Shown piece after piece: positions 1-11,284 of a DNA stretch of 64,000 bases. This stretch comes from Amoeboaphelidium protococcarum X5 (taxonomy: Eukaryota; Fungi; Aphelidiomycota). Made by a program: the position numbers and the translations under genes. The notes under the pieces were generated by a model. That model saw only the letters and a program-made list of their open reading frames with translations, made no database searches and had not been told where the DNA came from. How positions within the stretch are numbered: the stretch's first letter is position 1; each line of letters opens with the position of its first letter. The stretch spans positions 1-64,000 of the forward strand of contig JALDTO010000156.1 of NCBI GenBank assembly GCA_023515725.1, read 5' to 3'.

Positions 1-70
1 CCCTAACCCTGCCCTAACCCTGCCTAACCCTGCCTACCCTGCCCTGCTACCCTGCCCTGCCCTGCCCTGC
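1..70. repeat. Telomeric tract, mixed CCCTAA/CCCTG units (G-strand TTAGGG/CAGGG)
   Basis: The window begins CCCTAA CCCTG CCCTAA CCCTG CCTAA CCCTG ... (CCCTG)4, a C-rich strand at the 5' end. Confidence 0.85.
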
Positions 71-275
71 AATATAAAATACCTCTGATCATCTTTCTCT
101 GTTTCGTTTCACAGAAACGCGTTCACTTTTCCGTTTCGTTTCAGCTCTATGTTATGCTCTCGTTTTACTTTCACCACTCTGAAGTTTTTCACTTGCCTGT
201 GACATCCATTTTTCAAACTACTCTTATTTCAAGTACAGAGTATCATATATCTATCTACATAATAAGAAATCGATT

Positions 276-3200
276 ATGGACAAGTTAGTGGACTAGACTG
301 ATGCTCTGTTTGCTGAAAAGATTGTGATCTCTGAGGCTCCGACTAGCTTCCTGGACAAGTTGTTTCATCAAGGCTCAAGCTCTCCGACTGGACTCGATGA
401 TGGTTCAAGCAATAGTGATAAAGAGAATGATGGTGACTCTGATAATGATATGGCTGTGGATAGTGATTAATAAAGGATGTAGAAATTGAGACGGCAAGAG
501 ATTGAATTTGAAGAAGGCCTATTCTTGGATGGAATTGGCGTGGAGGCATTGGAGGAGCTTATTGCTCTGTGCAAGCAATGGATAAAGTCGGGCAAAGACG
601 ATTTCTGGCGGCACTTGAACCTCATCGCCAAGTTATCGAATGGTGATTTTAGCCAGCGTCTTTCTGAGATGGCAATTCAGAATGACAAAGACCGTTAGAA
701 GTCTTCCACTAAGAATCGATCCAAGAAGGGACGCAGGTCATCCATTAGAATGTCAGTCTCTCAAGGTGAAATGGATGTCTCGAGCAAATGTCTCGTTGCG
801 ATTCTCGACCGACTGATTTAACGCGCCCTTGACTAGAACAATATTGAAGTTGGAATAAAAGCTGGGTAGGCCTATTTAAATTTATTACAACTTCCAGGTA
901 AGATTATCTCATTGTTTCCTGATATTATATAATTATCCGTAGTGCTGTAGGAGCCAATGCTTATTATCACATCTTTTCTAACATTGTTCTGCATAATGTC
1001 GCCTCTCTTATCAGGTCCCCTATATCGTCTTTGAGTCTGTTTGAGTAGTAAAAAGATAATGATGATGAGGCCGAACAAGATACACTGACTGAGTTGGAGT
1101 TGAAAGATGTATACCAGGCTACGATTGACTTGATTTCTGAATTTTGCACGTTCTGTCATCAAGTGTCCTTAAAGAGCTACGGTGAATTGCTGTATCATTT
1201 GATATCTGTTCTAGTAAATGTGTCTCAAGTGGGAATGCAGATTAAGAATTAAAATTTAAAGCATGCCAAATTGTTGCCGTAATTGCGTTAAGAGTCGCAG
1301 GAAGCATTATCACTCATCATTGACGAGAAGCATGGTGCGTGCGGGAAAATATGTGCCTAAATGTTCCTGGAATTGCTCCCACTGATCACTCTTTAGGTCT
1401 CTTTTGAACATTCTGGTTTGAATAGGCAACTAATCTCTGAAGCAGATCACGCTGTGAGATTCGTGAAATTGATTTTATCCAACAATCGCAATTAAGATGA
1501 GCTACCTAAGGATCGATCGGTGTAATTTCAAGGATATGTACTGATATAATAGCTTGCTTTTACCGTTGTCGATAAAGCTGAGTTTCGTGGTTTTGTTAAT
1601 GGAGTAATTCTGGGAGTTTTGCCATTGTTGGATGAGTCTCTGCAAGTTAAGTATATCGACTGGCTGGGCAAGTTATCTTTTAATGTAAAGAATACTCTGA
1701 GAGCATTTGCTTTTGATTTGCAGTCTTCGATGCTCATGCATTAAAGCATCAACATTGATGAAAAATCAGTAGCATCTATCATTGAAGTGTTGCTGAACGG
1801 TTGTGCAGATAAGATCCCGACTGTGAGGGCCAGAGCTATTACCTGTACTGGTCACGTTCTTGAGTGTGCAATGGAGAACAAGGACAAGCGATACTTTTTG
1901 CAACATGTACAGAGTCACTTCCCTAGTTTCCTGAGTACCGTAGTCCGCCGTCTGAATGATGAAAAGTCTACGGTTCGTCGCCCGACTGTGAGTGTTGTCA
2001 AGTTTATCATCATGGCTCACTACATGGAATAACTCAACATTGAACATGTGGAATTTCTGCTAAAGCAGCTCGCTGAAAGATACAAGGATCATGTGATGAC
2101 CATTCGCAAGTCTACCGTGAGATGCTTGACTGAGCTTGTGACTTTGTTCCCCGAGATGGAGACTATGTGGAATTATTGGATTCAGTGCTGCTTTAACTCT
2201 TTAAAAGACACTGAGGTGCCTGTATAGGAAGAGGCGGTGAATTGCTTCTAAGATTTGGTTTTGAAGGTGGATGATGACTAACGTGGTTTATTCCTAGATC
2301 AGTTTTGCAAGTGTATTTACTCGTCCAGTTATACGTATCATTCCCTTCTATCACTGATGATCGAGATGTACATACGTAAGGAGCCGTTGTAGGAAGAATT
2401 TATTAAACACTTGGTCGTTGAGACGAGAGATAGAAAGGTTGATGCCGGTTATTGGATGTTCTTATCGACTATTTCCTGCTGGAGTAAATCTGGAATTAGC
2501 GAAGGAGATTTGTTGTTTGGCTGGGATCTACTCAAGATGGATTTGACTAAGCCATTTTGCCCTTATGTTCTTAAGCTAATTAGTTGCCAGGCCTCTCTGC
2601 TCTCTGAAGCTTGTAACAGCATGATTTTAGGCGAATTATTGGAATATATTCGCGCTTTCAGTGCACCAACATCATTGCTATCTTACATATTTGCAGCCAT
2701 CTAGTCTATTTGTAAATTGAATTCAGATACTCTGTGGTAGGTTGATCTTATGCTAATGCTGGAAATCAAGATTATCGAGGTTGTTGATAGAGGCTTGCGT
2801 TTAAAATAGGATCAAGTATCAAAAATTATATTCTCGTATGGTGAAATGGCGCTTATCAATCCGCAATTGGTCAAAGAGTCTATCTGTGATAAACTGTTGA
2901 TGTTGATAGCTGCAGCCACTTCTAATCATGTCATCCACTCTAGTGTGATTCAAGGACACGTTTACATTGCTCTTGGTAAAATTGCTCTTGTGTATGACAA
3001 ATTAGCCAAACAGTACGTGCCAGTGTTTGCGCGAGAGCTGGAGAGTTCTAGAGATGTTGTTGTGAGAAATAATGCAATGATGACTCTAGTTGATCTGTGC
3101 AAGAGGTACACAAGAGTGGTTGATCCGTATATTCCAACCATATCCAACTGCTTGGCTGACTCGAATGCTAATATACGCCTGCAGGCAGTGTCATTGTTAA

Positions 3201-3967
3201 CTAATCTACTTTAGGAAGATTATATAAAATGGAAAGGAGCCCTGATTTTCAAATTCTTGTATGCTGTCGTTGATGTTCCATCTGTATCGATTATGGCAAA
3301 GACGTGCATGTTGCAAATCTTGGGTAAGAATAGTCAGGTGATATTCTCAAGTTTTGTCGACTCCATCTTCTTTTTTAATGATGCCATGCAAGGTAGAGCT
3401 GCATTCCTTCTTAGTGCCGCAGAGTCTGGACGGAACAAGTTCTCCCTAGCAGGTGGCGCTGAAATGATGCAGCAGAAGCGCATGGAGGTTTATTCTTTTG
3501 CCTTGCAGCATATGAACGATGAACACAGATTCCTGTTAACCAAGAAGCTTTGCACCGATATACTCAAGGCTTACGTCGATGATGCGATCGGACTCGTGGA
3601 AGAGTGTGATAAGTCTGTCCTGATCGACACTTTGCATGTTCTCGCTTGTAAGGATATCAAGAGTAATTTGAAGCCTATCAAGGCTGATGAGGAAGAGGAA
3701 TTGTCTGAAGCTGCCGAGAAGAAGTTGAATGCCATCAGTAACAAGATTCACAGCTAGATCTCGCGTAAAATTGCTGTGGAAAATATCATACCAATTGTTA
3801 TCAAAATGAAACACAAGCTAGAGTCGATCAGATCTCCGATGCTGAAGCACCTGATGATCTATCTGAGAGAAGTAGTCTCAGACTTTCGCGTTGAAATGGA
3901 AGATATTCTGGCATCTGATAGGTAATTGGCACAGGAAATTGAATTTGACTTGAGACAATACAGATGA
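276..3967 (+). CDS. NCAPD3: Condensin II HEAT subunit CAP-D3 (about 1212 aa; intron about 898-950)
   Basis: In table 6 it reads VFARELESSRDVVVRNNAMMTLVDLCKRYTRVVDPYIP...LLTNLLQEDYIKWKGALIFKF, a CAP-D3-type Cnd1 region. A 53-nt GTAAG..TAG intron explains the frame change. Ends in TGA. Confidence 0.85.
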
Positions 3968-4163
3968 TGTTTAGTTACTTTGATACTTTCTTTACTTTCT
4001 AGAGAAGCTTTCAATACGATTCCGACACAGCGCGTTTCAGGAGCGAAGGTGAAGCGATGCGCGTCTACTCAATCCGTCCAAGCTTCTCTTCAGTAGTTTA
4101 AAACAAAGTGAAACACAATTTCATTAAAGTGGATTCAGTATATTGTGAAGTTAACAAATTAAT

Positions 4164-5218
4164 ATGCCATCATAGTTATAAGTATATCTTTATTGGCCAA
4201 ACGTGGTTGGTAATGTTTAATTTTTGCTTTGTTTAATGATAAATAATTGGAGTGAATTTTAGTTTTGTAGGATATGTCAGAATACTCTTGGCCGTGATTG
4301 CATGTTATACGATGGATAAGGACCCGTCGTTTACGGCAGCTGCTTACGTGGCATCATGTCTGTTCGATGCACTTGATGGCTACCTTGCACGAACTCTGAA
4401 TTAGAGTAAGATTCCAGTTGATTTCTAGTATCATCAATTAATTAAATAATGCTAATGTTCGATGGTCATTCGTAGAGTCTAAATTTGGAGCCGTTCTAGA
4501 CATGGTTATCGACAGAAGCACGACAGCTTCATTGATGGTCTACCTGGCTGTAACTCATCCTCATTATGCCACATTATTCCAAGGACTGATTGCTCTCGAC
4601 TTCACGTCCCATTATATGCATATGGTGAGCACCTTGCAAGCAGGCAATTAGGACCATAAAAAGAGTTAGGCTAACAGTTTCTGGCTACTGCGTCTATACT
4701 ATGAGAACAGAGCAGTTTTATTTGGACTATGCGCCGCAAATGAATTATTTTTCATCGCCATGTACCTGGCTGCATTCCCTGAAATGTACCACAAAGGTTA
4801 GATTCTATTGAGAATAAGATTAATTTCTTTGTATAGATTTTGTCATTTACATGTAGTTACCATCATGGATAAGACTCACAATGTGTGGATTTGGGTAATG
4901 TTTGTCTGCCTGCCATGGTGCACGTTGAAACACTTTATTAATGGCATACAGTTACTGATATCTTGCGGAACACTGACCGCCATTGATGCTCATCCCTCCA
5001 TTAAAGTCCCTGTTGACATCACCTTGCAAATCAATGAAGGAGATATTGTGGAGGCTGACATTACGGCGCAAATACCTCAGTTGAAGGCAGACGCGACATC
5101 CAAATCTACCGCAAAGTCGCGTGGTAGAAGTCGTTCCCGAGGTAGATCACTAAGTAAGAAGTAGTAGGTTGCTGCGGATTCCTTTTCTCAAGAGACTCCT
5201 CGCTAGCGTAAAAAGTGA
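4164..5218 (+). CDS. PIS1: Phosphatidylinositol synthase (CDP-alcohol phosphatidyltransferase); introns 4210-4270, 4406-4475, possibly 4797-4856
   Basis: YWPNVVGYVRI; CDP-alcohol motif FDALDGYLARTLNQKSKFGAVLDMVIDR; LDFTSHYMHM. Confidence 0.92.
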
Positions 5219-5393
5219 TATTTAATAATTTATGCACTTTTATTTGACTCTTAAATATACTGTGGTGAGACTATATTTGGGTGTTGATAATCACCCTGAG
5301 CTTTCCAAAATCAACAGATGTCCTTTCGTTTGAACTTTTCATCTGGAAACATCCTGATAATATTGGCGACTTTTAGCTACGGATTTTTATAAC

Positions 5394-6298
5394 ATGAGTA
5401 GGAGAGCGTCAAAGTAAGCATTCAGCGAATTTAAGGAGTATCTAATATATATGTTTTTTGTAGAGGAGTATCGTATGCTGGGCTTGATGTTGAAGATGAC
5501 GATTCAGACTTTCAAGACAGTTCTCAACCTGTAAAAGGTATTGAAGACGGTTCTAAACGCCAAAAGCAGAGTGGACAAGAACGAAAGTTATCATCATAAT
5601 CACTGTCATCTTAAAAAAAGAAAATAGTTTATAAGAATGCCAGTTATATTAAACCAGAACATGTAAAATTGCCATAAAATCATAGTAATTTGTCTAATCT
5701 TAGCCCTGAAGGCGAAGTGTCTGATGCCGAGACTGTAGTTCTTGAAACGGTTGAAACGTCTCAAAAGAACCCAAAATCACCTCCGCGAGACAAAGAGAAT
5801 ACTGCAAAGAAATAACCACAGTCCAATGTAAAATCTTTGACCAAAAAGAAAGTATAATTCTAGTAAGATTCTGCAGAAGAAGAGTCTGAATTTGAAGAAA
5901 GTAACGTTGATTCTTGCGATGAAAGTGATTTCAGTGATGCATCTGCCTCCTCTTAGAAAGGCGCGTTGAAATCAGCAACATCAAAGAAACTGAAACCTGT
6001 TGCGACAAAGAAAGCCGCACAAGTTAAAAGGGCTAAAGAGCCAGTAAAGACTGCAAGTGCTGTGAGTAAGCTTGAGATCAAAAGCTCTGCAACACAAAGC
6101 AAGATTACAAGCGGTAAAATGATGAATTAACAGCCAATGAAGTCATTGTAGATCCCTGCAGGTCCTCCTCCGCGTCCAAAGATTCTCGCGCGTAAAAGTT
6201 CTGAGGGCATCACCGCGTTACTGGCAGGGAAATTCGGGGCTGAATAACAGAAGAAGCGGAGAATAGTAAGTGGTTTATTTAAAAAGCCGTCAATATGA
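5394..6298 (+). CDS. Disordered acidic/Lys-rich nuclear protein (weakly NUCKS/RAD51AP1-like); intron 5414-5463
   Basis: The spliced start reads MSRRASKGVSYAGLDVEDDDSDF. The frame stays open to TGA in table 6 and is low complexity. Confidence 0.6.
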
Positions 6299-6344
6299 TT
6301 CAAGTATACTTTAATCTATTGCAATCGTTGAAAAGTGCCGGATA

Positions 6345-7175
6345 TCACTATAATTTTTAAGCAAACTCTTTACTCTTCCACGATTCTGGAATCTCGTCAA
6401 CGATAGACTTCTTAGTAGGCGATGATAATAAGGTGTTGGATTCTCTGATATCAACCTTATATTCTTAGTCTCCAATTAGTTTACTGGCCGCAAGTATCCA
6501 ATCGCATAAAGAGTCTACCAAAAATGATTTATTCAGAGCATATTCGTCAAATTTGGAGCATTCCAGGCGCACAATTTTCTACTTGTCATCATATACAGCG
6601 ATCATACTCTATTCCAGTTCAAACTTTGTTTAATCTGACGGCTTTTAGTTGTGAAAAGGATATAAAGTGCTATCCATGCGGTTGACATCGAATCTCAATG
6701 GATCGCTGTGAACCAGTGACGCGTAAATCGTATCCACAGGTAACAAACTACGCAGCACACTCATCGCCCTGACGCGTTAAGACTCTTCAATCTTTTAGAC
6801 AGCGATGGGCTTGCCATCACTATTCATAAGCTGTACTTTTTCGAAAAACAATGAATCAACCACATCCTAAAGATCCATCTCAACTGCACACCTGTTGTCC
6901 ATAGCGAATGATCGGCCTGCAAGATCTTTATTGGAGTCCACAGCTACTGAGCCATTGTTCAACACACCATTGTCCAGCTTTTCTTTTTAGAATATATGCG
7001 CGTTTTTCAAACAGTCAGATCCTGGATATATTTACCCAAATCTACTAAATCTAAATGGTTGAGGAGGTTGATCATTCAGTGCAACGTTCTATGACGCGTA
7101 AGGATTGTACTTGTGCAAAGATGGAAAGTCATTGATTATCCTCTCTTCCAGCAGCGATAACTGAGCTTTATTCAT
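6345..7175 (-). CDS. Hypothetical protein (276 aa)
   Basis: ATG-to-TGA frame in table 6 (MNKAQLSLLEERIINDFPSLH...) that fills the space between its neighbours. Confidence 0.65.
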
Positions 7176-7408
7176 TCTCAGACTCTCGCTAAATATACAT
7201 GGATTCTTCACAGAGAATCGCCTAAGATTTTACTATAATCGCAGCATATTGATTGTAAAAGTACTATGAAAGTGGATAGATTTTCAGATTTATATTTTGA
7301 TCTCTCGTTGTTTTCGACCTCTAAAAAACCTTTCGCTTCATCAGGCGTTAGCGATTAAGATCAACTCTAAAGTGGAAGCTATTGTTCATACTACATTCTG
7401 AAATACAA

Positions 7409-7843
7409 ATGCTTGGAACTTTATAAAATATGGCGCAATAAACACAGCTTAGATTGCCGGCAGATAGAGAAAGAAGAATATAGATGCTGCAAGGATTGTT
7501 TCCGTATAGAGTCAATGAAGAGGCCTTGGCATCTCAAGCGGATCTGAGCATTGTTGCAATGAGCCTATCGTTTGCAGCAAGTTACATGAAGATTGTTCCG
7601 ATGTACTACTTCTCTCTGGTATTATGTCTGCTTTCGCTGGCCAACTTCACATACACCTTCCCTAAGAGTAAGAATGTAAAATTGCAGCATAGCGGCGGGG
7701 AGGTTGTACTTGGACGTGCCCTGGGACGCGACGACTCCAGATCGATATTCGAGTACTTGCAAGTAGCCGCGTGCATCTTTTATAACATCATGCAGCTGTA
7801 TCTCCATTACAAGGTTGTGTCTCTAGAACAAGTGAAATTGTGA
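7409..7843 (+). CDS. Small hypothetical membrane protein (144 aa)
   Basis: Open frame in table 6 with about 3 hydrophobic segments, ending in TGA. Confidence 0.65.
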
Positions 7844-7967
7844 ATATACAAAATAAACTTCATTACCGTAAAAGTGTAGTACGCGCTAAATGACTGCATT
7901 TCAATTCAATCTAACCAAACTAATCCGAATAAAGATTATAATATATGTATTTTCAGACAGAAATAAA

Positions 7968-8345
7968 TCATAATCCCTTTGGTGGAGCGACAGTCTGTGG
8001 CTTCTCTCCCTCTTCGCCGCCCTAGCTCTTCAACAGGTCAGAGTCACCACCGTCAATGATGGACAGAGTGCTGACGCGATAAAATCTACCACAAGCAGTT
8101 CCCAGATCAATATTGTTTCCTCCATAATGATGCACACCGGTCTTGGACAACATGGCGTAGTACTCCAATTCTGATTTACGCAGAGCAGGGCAGTTGGAGC
8201 TGATCAAAATCAGACGCGCCTTACCCTGGCGAAGAGTCTTTAATGTAGACTTGTATCCAATGGAGAATTTACCACTCTTCATCACTAGAGCAAGGCGACT
8301 GTTAATGCCCTCTGAATTCTTCTTTACTTTTTTCTGTGCAACCAT
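7968..8345 (-). CDS. RPL30: 60S ribosomal protein eL30 with C-terminal extension
   Basis: [13 protein letters not shown]...[28 protein letters not shown]. It reads through TAG to TGA at 7968-7970. Confidence 0.97.
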
Positions 8346-8802
8346 TTTATTTTAATATTTTTTAATTCCTCTTGAGTAATCCGAATTAAGATTGTGAGTA
8401 GTAGCGCTAGGTGGATTTCAGCGCGTAGGAAAGCGGAAAGTGATTTTGCTATTTCGGTTGATCTAAGGTTTGGGCGACGAAAAATCTGAAAAGACGCGGT
8501 TCTGTCGCGAAGTAATTGGCTCAAGAAGATCATAGAGAGAAAAGAAAGTGAAAATGAGGAGGAAACCATTACTGCTGGACTGATTTCGTATTACTTCCGC
8601 GCTCGCAGTTGTAAGAGACAGAGGCGAGGGAAAAGAGATAGAGGATCGTCGCGAGATTGACAAAACAACGAACGCGTTTGGCGTTGCAGCAGAACTCCCT
8701 ACTGTAAGTAGCTTCCTTTATTTTCATTGCTTAAATTATTCCGTTATTAATTTCACTTTGTTTTGTAGTAATATACATTAGTAGTAAGAAATACCACAAA
8801 AG

Positions 8803-10278
8803 ATGAATATTGAGTCTGAGTAATTGATCACAAGCGATTAGATGGTTGTTGATAGAGAGGAAGATGTTATTGAACTGTAGTTGTAATAGAATGGAAATGA
8901 GAATGAAGAGATTTAAACGGAACTTGGCGAATAGTAAGTTGACATTGACGAAAATAGCCTAGAAGTTGATGAAGAGAAAATTGAGATAACTGATCACAAA
9001 TCCAAGCTGGAAATAATTGCCGAGAGTGATGAAATAAAGCAGGGAACTGTGTGCTGGTTCAAGATGCGTGGATTTCCGCATTGGCCAGCGTTGATTCTTA
9101 GTCACGATAATCTACCACCTCAACTCAGACTGATCCCTAAAGCCAAGATTTCTGCCAACTCTTACCCTGTCATATTTTATGGTACTAGAGAAGTCGCGTT
9201 TGCATAAAAGCAAGATATCATTGTGCCATATCTAGGCAAGAATTATGAGCAGTTTAGTAAAAAAGCCACCGCTGGTAAAGGTCATAAGTAGTTGGCTCTT
9301 GCCATTGCGGAGGCTATGACGCCAGAGCTGTTGGATTTTGATTACTCATCTGCACCGGTTATTGAAGAAGAAGACGAGATTCTGGATCAAGATTAGGATG
9401 ACGAAGATGATAGCGATGTGGATGGGAAGTAGAAAGTTGTCAAGAGTAAGAAGACAAAGAGAAGGTAGAGTGAAGCTGATGCCACTCAAACTAAATCTAC
9501 CACTAAGCGAAAGCGAAAGATTGTGGATGATGACTAGGATGACACCGCTGTTAAATAGAACAAACGCAATAAGAGGCACACCATAGCGAATGGTAGCGGA
9601 AAGGTATAAGATTAACGCGTAAGTGTCGAGCCTATTGTCAAGCGAAATCCTGCAGAGAGATTGTTGGCACTTCGTCATCGCTTGCAAAAGATCTTTCTCT
9701 CACCAGAAGGTCCGCTGGTTAATGAATTTCATCGCGTTGACTCTCTGCTTACTGAACTTGAAAGCATTGATTTGACTTTTGACATGCTGAAAGAGAGCAA
9801 AATTGGCAAGGTGTTGAAGAGAATCTCCACCCTTCAGTTTACATCTTAATCTGAGGAGCCGCATAATGTCTTGGCGAGATCGAATGCTCTGATGGATAAG
9901 TGGAAGTCAATGCTCATGGCTGATAATTAAACACCGATCAGGGAAGACTCTGTTGATAAAGTGCCCGAATCTACTCCTGCGCCTCCGGAAGTTGCAGCAG
10001 ACAGTAAAGATAATGAATAGTAGGATGTTGTAGGGAATGAATCGTTTAGTGCCGCGGAAAATCCTCAAGATGAAGCCGTCAGCACTAGAGAAGAGTCTAA
10101 GCATTCTGAGGAAGAGGCTGAGAAGAATGTAAGCACTGCTGATGTTGTTGAGTAGAAGTCTGTGGATGATTCTGCAAAGAGTGTTGATGGTTTCGCTATG
10201 TCTGCATTATAACAATAGGTGGAAACTGCTGATTAGGAAGCCTGAGATTCTTGTAATATTTCCCAATGCTCTGGTTGA
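8803..10278 (+). CDS. PWWP-domain chromatin protein with TFIIS-N/LEDGF-like helical domain (probable 5'UTR intron 8704-8768)
   Basis: GTVCWFKMRGFPHWPALI...YPVIFYGTRE (PWWP); LTFDMLKESKIGKVLKRI...LMDKWK (TFIIS-N-like). Confidence 0.85.
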
Positions 10279-10441
10279 TTGAAATTTGATTGTACTGTAA
10301 TAATTACAGAAGGCAGTGTGAATTAGTAATATACTGTTTTAGCAAAGAAAGCAAAGTGTATAGTCATTAAAAAAATTAATCAATTAAACATCCAACAAGT
10401 TTCATAGTCTTAATATAATCATCTCTCCATCATCGCAATCA

Positions 10442-11020
10442 TCATATTACGATGCTAATCACGTTAAATGGACATGGTGCTTGAGTGTTACCGGTAATCT
10501 AGTTAATCTTGAATGGACCGATCATGAACGCCTTGACTGACACGTCAATGGTGTAATAAACATTAAGTTTACCACTGCCAAGAAGGCCACACTCTTGCTT
10601 GATATAGCTGCTGATACTCTTACCATTGTCAGTGCTGCTATCCCATTCGCCATTGATAACAGTAGTCAGATTAACAGCTACACCATCGCGCGGCATATTA
10701 AAGTCATTATTCACTCCTTTACCGAAAAAGTAAGTCTAATTCAAGTAAGTGTTAACAACAGCCTCGCTGATCAGAATATCAAACATGTTGTTATTCACAA
10801 TCTAAGTAGTAATCTTGTACTGCGCTTAGAACTGTGTGCCAGACACGGAAGCATTATTGGTAGAGTCCATAGATTGGATAGTGGTGGACGGCATTTAGAA
10901 TCTGGTTCCAATGATAGCCGCAGCGATTCCAATGCCGATGATAAGCAGCACGACTAAACAACACAAAGATTTGCAGACGGTTCGTTTCCAAGATGACTGA
11001 CCTTCTCCTCCAGCACCCAT
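10442..11020 (-). CDS. Type II membrane protein with LEA_2/NDR1-HIN1-like domain
   Basis: N-terminal TM (CCLVVLLIIGIGIAAAII), then P...IVNNNMFDI and a C-terminal Cys pair. Confidence 0.7.
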
Positions 11021-11284
11021 ATTTTGAAGTTATTTAAAGTTTTTACAAGGGATTTAATCGGAGGAATATAAGCTTTGTTCAACCAATTGAGGGATAAGAT
11101 AGATTTATGCAAAGTACTTGCAGTTTTAACTGTGATGGTAAACAATCGAGTGCTTATTCCGCTTGGCAATGCCATGGCGACGCGGCTGAAACAACAAAAA
11201 AGTTTGCGGAAACGATGGTTGATAGAAGATGCACATAACACGTATGACGAATCAAACAAAAAATGTTACATAAAAGCATCATCA

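Noticed and set aside
5318-5393. Upstream ATG at 5318 as the start of the acidic/Lys-rich gene
   Set aside because: ATG 5394 with a canonical 50-nt intron gives a more plausible N-terminus. The upstream start is not fully excluded.
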